A DNA stretch of 64,000 nt from Aplysia californica (lineage: Eukaryota): assembly GCF_000002075.1 (NCBI RefSeq), contig NW_004797416.1, positions 624,027-688,026 of the forward strand, written 5' to 3'. The position numbers and the translations under genes are program-made. Under the pieces are notes generated by a model. The model made no database searches and was not told the origin of the DNA. It was given only the letters and a program-made list of their open reading frames with translations. This document shows positions 50,955-61,524 of the stretch, one piece after another. Numbering within the stretch: position 1 is the first letter of the stretch; each line of letters begins with the position of its first letter.

Positions 50955-52926
50955 ATTTCACAAAGGCTTCACCAATGGCTGCCATTTTGCCCTGCGTCTC
51001 TGTAGTAGACGCCGCAGCCCTGACACGGCACACAGGAATGAGCATGGCCTCCTCTCGGTTCAGACAACCGTCGGCGTATCCAGCAGCCACCTCGCCCAGG
51101 GAGTGGCCGAAGATGAAGTCCGGCTGGACACCCATAGCACTCAGCATGTCCAGTAGAGCCACCTGTTTCATTGGAGGGGTTGGGGGACAAGCACAAAGTA
51201 AAGGAATTGCACACGCAACTGTGTGCATAGAAAATAAATACCCATTTTCATCATGTGCATAAACAAACTAGAAAATCCAGCCGTAACAAAACATAAAACC
51301 TTGTCTACAGTACTGTTTTTTAAATTAATAATTATCAAATGCCTATATAATAAATACCTATTTTCATCCTGTACATAATTATATTTACAAATTAGAAAAA
51401 CTAGCCAGAGTTAAAAAAATAAACCGTGTCTACTGTACTGTTTTAAACAATAATCTAACACAATAATAGCTCTAAATTCACTTGGCAGAGTGTAATGTTC
51501 CTAGAACAGAGTCGGCACTGACTGGAAGACGGGCGCCCGTGGAAGGAGGGGGGGGGGTGTCAGTCAAACTTTCTATGCTATTCGGGTCTTACTGGTTTTT
51601 TACCACAACCCTATCAGCTTTTCAGCTACTCGTTGTGCTGTATACGAGTGTCTAAACTTTTCATTATTTAACTTTATGGGTGTTCAGTTACTACAACCGC
51701 CATCGTCACACTGGCGCCTGTGGTTTTAGTTGCAGTCAGGTGCTTTGCCATCGCACACAGAAGACCTTAGTTCGATTACCATGGGAGGAGGTTTTTTTTA
51801 TCGAGTATCTCCATCGGGTATGCTGGGGCGTAATATCCCTCTCAGCCTGGATTGGCCCCGAGAGACAGTGTGGAGGTCCGCCTCCTAGATCACCTAAATT
51901 GTTTTGATAAAGACGTAAAACATCTACATTTAAACAACAACCACCAGCACAACGTACCTGTATGACAGGGATACAGACGCCAAAGCCGTATCCTGGCTCT
52001 ATTTGGTCGTTGGTACCGTTCAAGATGTGCTCGTACAAGTCCACGTTGTGGTTCCTCTTCAATATCTGTCCAAGGAAATAAACGACACAGACAAGGGTAA
52101 AAAAACATCATAACCATCACAATGTTGGGGCCACCTACGGCTACATGGCACTGGGTCACACAGAGTAAGCCCGAAGGCTGCTGTGTACAAACAAAAATAA
52201 AAAGGGGAAAACGTTATCCACATGCTTTCGAACACATCTCCGTTTTACTTTTAAATAAGCTCTTATATTGGAAATTAAAGGAGCAAATATTATACAGCAT
52301 TAATGAGCCATGGAGTCCAGCAAAAGCAGCCTGATATTATTAGAGTGCTGAGGAGGGATGGAGGGAGGGGGCAACTCTTCGCTAATTAATATTCAAAGAA
52401 GGAGTCCAGTGAGAATGAAGATTAACTCTAATCACTCATATTATCATGCCATTTATGCCAAGAGTATGCAGTAGACTACAGACCGGGTTTACGTAAATAA
52501 GAGAGTTAAGAAATTAGCTGACCATCTTCAGCCAATTGAAAGTTGAAGACATTATAAAAGTATACAAAACTACATGTTATTCTAAAGCGTTGCTGGCAGA
52601 CAAATTTGCAATGGAAGAATGTAACATTGTAGAAAGTTCCCTTGATCATATTATAAATATTATAAATGATGAGTACCTGAAAACATCTGCTAATAGTACA
52701 TCAACATTGCGAGCTGGTATGGACAATCAAAAAAGTAATACATTATAATATACACCATAAAACAAAACGAAGACAACAATTAATTACTTCATACAAACTC
52801 AGGATGATGAAGGCATGCGTATATCTAAGTACCGAATTCGGTCATAGTATTAACAGCAACATGTGTCAATATCATATTCCATTAAATACCATCAACAATA
52901 CTCTAGTTACGCCTTTCTTATAATAG

Positions 52927-52986
<60 letters not shown>

Positions 52987-53986
52987 GTCTCTCTCTCTCC
53001 GATCAAATGTACGAGAGTCAATGTCCATAAATCCGTCTTTCAATCTTTACATTGGACACATCTACAATGTCGATGGAGGCGTAAAAAACATCTACTTTAA
53101 ATTATATTTCATTTTTACACCTACAACTCACCTCACAGTTTTTCTGCACAGACTCGCGGAACAGAGGGATCTTCATCATGGTCTTGCCCATGCCAGTCCA
53201 CTGACAACCCATGCCTGTACATGCAAACACTATGGGGCGGCGGCTGGCAGTCTAGGAGTTTTCATATGTGTGTGGAGAAGAGACAAGTAGAGAATCGTGA
53301 AAGCAATACAACAAAACAATATTTGTAAGTGCTGGAAATCAGTTTGCGTTAGGAACTTCTGATGCTGTTAACCTGTTTGGTTTGTTTTAGTAAGCGTTTG
53401 ACAGCATTTGCAATACAATTTGGTTATAAATAATAAATGCGAGCCGAAGATTTTACTATTTAAAAAAATGAATATGAAAGTTGACACACATTGAGCTGGA
53501 AGGTCAGATCTAACTGATGACAGGCCAAGGAACAATCATCATGATGAAGGCCATAGCTGACCACAAAGCGTTTGCACTGTCTAATAATGCCAGCGCCTGA
53601 ATGCAGGAAACATGCAGTCAAGTAAAATATTGACATAAGTGACTGCTGACCTCTTGTGACTTTTATATCAAATGAAACATGTCCATAGCATATTAGAACA
53701 TAATGTCATAAACTGATAAGACCATAGATGAAACGTAATAGGAACCCTTCTTCGGGCACCCTCGTTCATTGGTCACTCTATAGGTTCAACTTTTCAATAC
53801 TGTAAGGTTATTTAAATGACAGGACCTCCGAACGTACCATCCATCTCTGATAGAACAGAGCCAAATACAATGTAGGTGGAGAGTTTTAAAGAAATATAAA
53901 TTTAGTCTAGAACGTTGGCCACCCCCCCCCCCCTATAGTCCAGGATGATACCACATGAGCTAACGGTGTGCCCTGGGGTACTCGTG

Positions 53987-54077
<91 letters not shown>

Positions 54078-57000
54078 TGGTTCCATATCACTGCTACAAG
54101 TCTACATGAGCCAGAAAGAATAGAGCCTCAAAATAGGGACTTCTTTCATGATAATTTATTGTCAGAGGTGAAAACTCAGATTAATAACGATAACAATAGT
54201 AGCAATGGCCTGCATTTGTAAAGATTTAAAGGTTTCCACAAGCTACGATCTGCACATCAATAGCAGTTTCGTAATGGTGCTATGGCTTTACATTACTGTA
54301 TGACTCTATCCAGTTACTTGTACCAAAGATAGTAAATAACAAGATGGGCCACTCAGTCAAAAAAGTGTCCGCAGGAAGTATGCTCTTTGCTTCAGATGGC
54401 GCTGCAGTCTGTTTTGAAGCTCTCTTTCGTTTTTCCAGAAGAAGAATAGGAATAGCACCTCCTTGCGTGCGCAGATCGACTGCTGTTCATCAGCAGTTCG
54501 GGTTCGTTCAGTGCGGAGTTTTAGGTTATTTATATTTTAATGACCTCTCGCCTTTCATTCTAAAGTCAAATTGAACGAAGAAAACAATCACCCTTTCCTC
54601 CAGAAGAGGTTTTTTGTCAGCGTAACCATTTTAAAAAAGCGTTCTTCCGAAATTCATTTAAAAACTTGCTAGTTTCACTTTGATTTTTTAAAACTCAAGT
54701 AGGATAACTCTGTTCGCAAAAGGTGCGCTTTTGCGAAGAGGGCGCCACCGAATTTTGAGGACACTTTTTTAATTGGCTCAAAGAGAGAAGTGGCCCCTCT
54801 TGTTATGTAAACTCATTGCTTGTACCTTAATCTCAGTAAGGTTCTGAGAAGCGTTCAGGACGGTGAATCCACGGTATGGCATCTTCTGAACTGGCTCGTT
54901 GGCTGAGGACTGGAGCAGAGCCTGAAAGTTCACGTTGTTCCCGTTCTTCTGCACCTCTGCTCGGGGGGAGAGACAAGATATTATTATTATTATCATTATT
55001 TTTATTATCGTTATTGTTATAATCATGATTATTATTGATATCATTATTATNNNNNNNNNNNNNNNNNNNNNNNNNNNNNNNNNNNNNNNNNNNNNNNNNN
55101 NNNNNNNNNNNNNNNNNNNNNNNNNNNNNNNNNNNNNNNNNNNNNNNNNNNNNNNNNNNNNNNNNNNNNNNNNNNNNNNNNNNNNNNNNNNNNNNNNNNN
55201 NNNNNNNNNNNNNNNNNNNNNNNNNNNNNNNNNNNNNNNNNNNNNNNTGGTTGGCGGATGCTCTGGTGTGGTTTGCTCCTTCTTTCCTATCAAACATCTC
55301 TCGTCTTTATCTCCCCTCCTTCTTTTTTGTGTTTGTTACTCTCTTGTAACACATCTAATCTTCGGCACTTATATGACCTTTTTGTGTTGCAAGTGCCGTA
55401 AAACTCTGACGAAAACTTAAATATTATTATCAACATTATTATCAGTATTATTTTTAAATAGTATTATTATAAATATCAACATCATCATTATCATCATCAT
55501 TATCATTATCATTACTATTAGTTCTATTATTATTAAAGTATTCCTCAAAGAGGTGTTTACTAATTAATTTTTTTTAAAGATAGACTCCTTGTGTTTGTGG
55601 GAGCGCTCACAAATCAAGGTAAGCAAGAAAGGCCATCCAGACAATTACAATTCCAAATCATTCTTAAAAACAGTGAACCTGTTCATTGTCCAGATATAAC
55701 TGCATTCTAATCTGATGCATTTCTTCTTCTCTTACAATGGCCATGTTTCTGAGTCATCATAGTATATCTAATGTATTGATAAGTGTGTCATCGTTGGTGC
55801 AGTGCTCTAGAAAATGACAGCTAACATTTTGTTGATGTTAAGTTTAACAGTATATCGCCTTTTGCCTTTCCCCGTTGTATAAGGAAAATGGGAAGATTAT
55901 GGAGGGGGTACCAGTAGATATGCCCATNNNNNNNNNNNNNNNNNNNNNNNNNNNNNNNNNNNNNNNNNNNNNNNNNNNNNNNNNNNNNNNNNNNNNNNNN
56001 NNNNNNNNNNNNNNNNNNNNNNNNNNNNNNNNNNNNNNNNNNNNNNNNNNNNNNNNNNNNNNNNNNNNNNNNNNNNNNNNNNNNNNNNNNNNNNNNNNNN
56101 NNNNNNNNNNNNNNNNNNNNNNNNNNNNNNNNNNNNNNNNNNNNNNNNNNNNNNNNNNNNNNNNNNNNNNNNNNNNNNNNNNNNTGAGTGAGTGTGTGTG
56201 TTTATACATGTATGTATGCGTACCCGAGAGCATAAGAGGAGGCATATGAACATAAAGGGATCGACTGACAACAGACGTGAGGATGAACTCTCAGACATGC
56301 AATATTGAGGAGCAATTAATGGGAATTAATTTTCTAAAAGGAGAAAATGGGGATATACAAGTTATTAGCGTAAGTTTAAAAATAAAAACAGGCTAAGTCA
56401 ATTTTCAGAATAAAAACGAGGGTAGTAGCCATTTGAACAAACTATGTAATTCACAAACTGTATATTGCACGGCTAAATCAAGTTAAGAACTAGCCAAACT
56501 CAGTCATTAAAATGTGAAAATTGGTTAATGGGGGGGGGGGGGCAATGCCCTAAAAGTCCCGATTCGGCTCAAAATTATGGATTTAGATTTGTTTGCATTT
56601 TTAGCTTCTTTAGCCTCTCTTACAACTATTTCATAGCAATAGACTCCCCTAAAGCCTTATTTCTTCCCATACCTGGCATATTTGTCACCACCATTTCTGC
56701 ATAAAGTCAATCTTTTATTTTTCTTTAACGCCCGTTTTCTCAACGAAGTTTTTTCTATGTACATTTTTTATTAAAGAACTTCACTATTTTTCATCCAATC
56801 TTCATGAAATTTTCACAAAATGAAGAGGAGATGTAGATCTAATACTAAAAAGTATACGTTGAAATTTTGATAGATGGAATAGATTTTTGTTGGTGGTGTC
56901 TTGAGTGTGGATTTTCACGGATTTTTTGCAACTTGAATAGTACCTCAGGAAAAAATTCATTTATAATATTCTAATCCGTTTAGGAAAAATTCAAGTGAAA

Positions 57001-59393
57001 AATATTTTAATCTAGTTTGCCAACATGCATGCAAAAAAAAAAATCTATTTCCATGAAAAATAAGTGCGGTATTTGTTTCGTAAGACATGTCAATGAAATT
57101 CAATATGGCCGCCGTAGCCTTGGAAACGAAACTCTTTTCCTCAAATTTGATTGCAGATTTCAAGACTCTTTACTATGCTTGTTATATGTGTGAAATTTGG
57201 GAAAATTTCATCTACTAATAAGCGAGATAGCGTTCAGGTGTAGCCACCCCCCCCCCCCCTTTTAAGACGTGGCAGAACAAATGTGACTGAGCCTGTTCTT
57301 CTGTTGAACCCTTCAATTACATTGACAGGTGGCCAAGAAAGCAGGTGATATGCATGCAGGTGGTCATGGCATGATTAAGAGGGTCAATAGGAAGGCAGGC
57401 AAACTGTCATACTGGAAAGAGAAGTGTATTTCTCACCATTAAAGATCTGCCTCAGGCCATCCTCTGTACGTGCACCATACGTAAAAAGACGGACTGCGTC
57501 ATTAGAAGGGTGTACCGTGGTGTTTGGACGATCATTCTTCCTGCAAAACCCCACAAAAATGATATAGTACTTTTATTATTAAGTATTTCCATTTTCGAGT
57601 TTAAATACAGTCGAATTTGCTCTAATTACCAGCCGTCCAAGACAATCACCTGTACAAAGAAACATTTCCCACTTTCCCCTTACATTTTAAGCGTATTCTC
57701 ACTGTCCAAGAGGATCACCTGTTTAAGATGACCACTTTTTATCGACAAAGGGCAGCCGTCTTGGATAGGTTCGACTGTTTTGCATTTGACGGCCAAGCTG
57801 AGACCAAGATAAATAGCTTTGAAACAATTGAAGGCTCTCTGCTACCTCCCATCACACCTTGATTAATAGTTCATGACCCAGAAGTAACATACTGTCCCTT
57901 AATGGGGGGGCCCTTAAACTTAAACCAATCGTGACTAGCAAATTATACCCAAAAACAGAAACTATGATCACTTCAGCCGCAAGAACAATCTATAATCATA
58001 TCGACTGAGAGACAACAGAAACCTCCTTACTTGATCACACGGTACTGATAGTGGGGTGAGAAGGACATTTCACTTGAGTTCACATTTTGAGTTGGGGGAT
58101 GGGTTATTCACTTGAGTTCACAGTTCGAGTGAGGTGGATGGGTCACTTACTTGAGCACACAGTGCGAGTTGGTTCCTCCGATGCCAAAGCCACTGATGCC
58201 ACACACTTGTCCAGACCAGGGGGTCATTTCAGTGACCACTTTGAGACGGCCGTCCAGAAGACCGGGAATCTCGGGGTTGGGTCTCTCAAAGTTCAAGTTT
58301 GCAGGCAGGAGACCTTCCTCAATGCCGAAAATACACTTGACCACAGCGTTGAAGCCTGAGATCCAAACGTAAAAAGCATGAAAATAAACAATTAATGAAC
58401 TGTAATGCATAAGCTCCGTTTAAAGAATATAAACATCATACAGAGAAACCTCATACAAAGAAAGAAAAGAACTACCACGATGAGTTTAGGCTGTAAAAGG
58501 ATAAAAGGATGGGAAGGGGGGAGAGTAAGAAGAGTAAGATTTAAATTATAATGGTTGACAGGCCTGTAGCTCCAACCAGGGTAAAATCTGCACTTAGTTA
58601 AGTCACTTTAACGTAATATAGATATAAATGATCAACTTCAGTCGATATATCTATACTGGACGCAACCTCTACCAAAATTTCCATATTTAGAAGAAAGTAT
58701 ATCCCATTTGAGTCGCTACACATTTTGTAAAAACCATGTTATTCTGAAAAAGTATGTTGAGCAATAAAAGCGTTCGCCCCAAGCACACGAAGTATTTTTC
58801 CACTCGTTGCACGGCTGCGGGTATGCAAACGAAGCAATTTTTGCCTGTTCGTCTCTCATCACCGCCAAGGGGCGTCAAATTTCAAAGCCATACGAGGAGT
58901 CGAAATTTCCAAGTCTTCCCTGGGCTTTTTTTTTTTGGTATGACTATTGTGTTCGTTGAATCAAGAAGCAAAAAAAAGTCCTGTAAGGCAGCACTATCAC
59001 AAGTACGAACATGCACACATGATTAATCATTTCTGATATTTATGATAGTGACTTTTTGTAGCACAGGACCAAGCAACAGATACTGACCACCGGCATAATA
59101 TGTTGTGTAGCGGTTAGGCGATTCGCTGTCGCACCGTTTTCTAAATGATATGAATTGTGTCGATTGGAGCGTAAAAACACCTACAAATAGGTACTGACCA
59201 GCAGTGGCCTCAGCGTGTCCGATATTTGTTTTAACAGACCCCACCATGAGCGGCTTGGTTCTGCGTTTGCCACAAAACACATTGGTGATGGCGTTGGTCT
59301 CCACAATGTCACCTGCCCGAGTACCTGTGCCGTGACACTCCACGTACTCCACCTGAGGGACACATCAAAGACATGTTGCTACCTTAGAATTAC

Positions 59394-59461
<68 letters not shown>

Positions 59462-61469
59462 CATTTTTTTGCCGTTTTGGGTTACTTAGACCACAAGATC
59501 ATAAACCAAATGTTCTTCCAGCTCTGTCACAATCGAAAGATTATTAGGGTCACCATCAAGATACTCAAAGAAATAATTTCGAAAAAGCTTGACGCGTTGT
59601 GAAACGCAATATCTTTAATGTCAAATGATTCAAAACAAAGTACTGAGCAGATGGAACTTTGCAATTCTAAGGTAGCGATGTGAGAGGGACAGCAGCATAC
59701 TGTCGGTAACCTTGAACAAAAACATATTATCGTACTTGTAAAACTTACTACAATAAGGGAGTCGATTATTAGTATGTGTACTCGCAATTTTAGAAGTTTT
59801 ACTTCTCAATCTTATGTGAAATGTGTTAATCTGGTTCCATCTGTAAAGGCGCACTTTCAAACATTAAACTTGTGTCGTAGATCACAAGGTAACAAGACCA
59901 TGATAATGGGGTAGAAATATACTTAGTAACATTAGAAATCTGTGTTGGCTTGTGTGCTAGCGTACGGGTAGAGACGACGGACAAGACCATGGCATTCAGG
60001 TAGGACCACCTCCTGTGATATCAAAAGTATGTGGATGTGCATGTGGATGTATTTTTGGAAAGGGCACACAATATCTGTGTGATCAAGCGCGGTTGATATG
60101 ATTGCATGCTTTACTATAGTACCACCCTGCCTTGGTACATAATATCTCCTCGCAGAATTAACATTTTCAGCTCATACATCTGCCATTTCTGCAAATGAAG
60201 TATTAAATACGCGTACAGTCTAAAACAAACACAGGAGTTCACGCCCGGCGCGCAGAATTCAACACTGTCACTTACTGTGTGGGGATCAATTCCACACCGC
60301 TTGTAGCACTCAGTGATTGTTTGCATCTGGCCAAAGATGGAAGGGTGGTTGAAATCTGGAGAAGGAAAAAAACCCAAAATATTTATTTTGGCAAACATAA
60401 CCGTGGAGAAAATGTATAAACGTTTTCATACCTATCGAACGGGGTAATTAGAGGATGGTGTTGTGTGGGTTTGCTCCTTATTTCCTATCAAACATCTATT
60501 GTCCTATCCATCATCTACGGGCATCCACTCCGTAATCCAGCATGATATCAACTGGGCTAACGATAGGCCCATTAGATAGCGCTAAAAGAACTAGCTCTGA
60601 CAAATAATTAAGAGTGAAATCGTTCTCTTAAAACCCTCAGCACCATTAGACCTACCGCTACTGCATTTAACTACATTTTGCCGTAAGTTGGGGATCAAAG
60701 GTGAGCCAATATAATAGTACCCAAAAATTCTTGTACTTCCCAGTACTTTTAACATCATAAATCCTCCATCCTCTCCAACATAGTCACCGTTATTTCATCT
60801 CTGTTGGAATAAAACTAGTTTTTATTCTTTTTAATGGCAATATGGAACAGATAATAACTAATTATGCCCACCAAAGTCGCCGCTGTTCCCGTCGCAAGAC
60901 TGGTAACAGTGAGCCAATTTGCAGTATATTCTCCTTGCATCTTCCTCCTTTTGGAGCAAGATGGCACCCACTGCCTCACCACGACCAAATCCCTGAGCTG
61001 TGGACATGTNNNNNNNNNNNNNNNNNNNNNNNNNNNNNNNNNNNNNNNNNNNNNNNNNNNNNNNNNNNNNNNNNNNNNNNNNNNNNNNNNNNNNNNNNNN
61101 NNNNNNNNNNNNNNNNNNNNNNNNNNNNNNNNNNNNNNNNNNNNNNNNNNNNNNNNNNNNNNNNNNNNNNNNNNNNNNNNNNNNNNNNNNNNNGAGAGAG
61201 TGTATAAACATGTAACAGATCACAAAAATGCTTGAAAGATTGAAGCAGTCTGACAAAAATGATGTTATACCAAAAATCTACAAATGAGGAGGTAAAACAA
61301 ATTTCTTTACTTAACGTGGGTCAATTAACCAGTTTGAGGATGATGGTGTTAATTTCATTCTTAGGCCCTTATATCAAAGCTATACTGAAAGACGATTATA
61401 CCGATGAAACCATTCACAACTTCTGAAAAGCGCATTTTTTAAAGTGACCTGAAAAAATCAGTTGAACTC

Positions 61470-61524
<55 letters not shown>

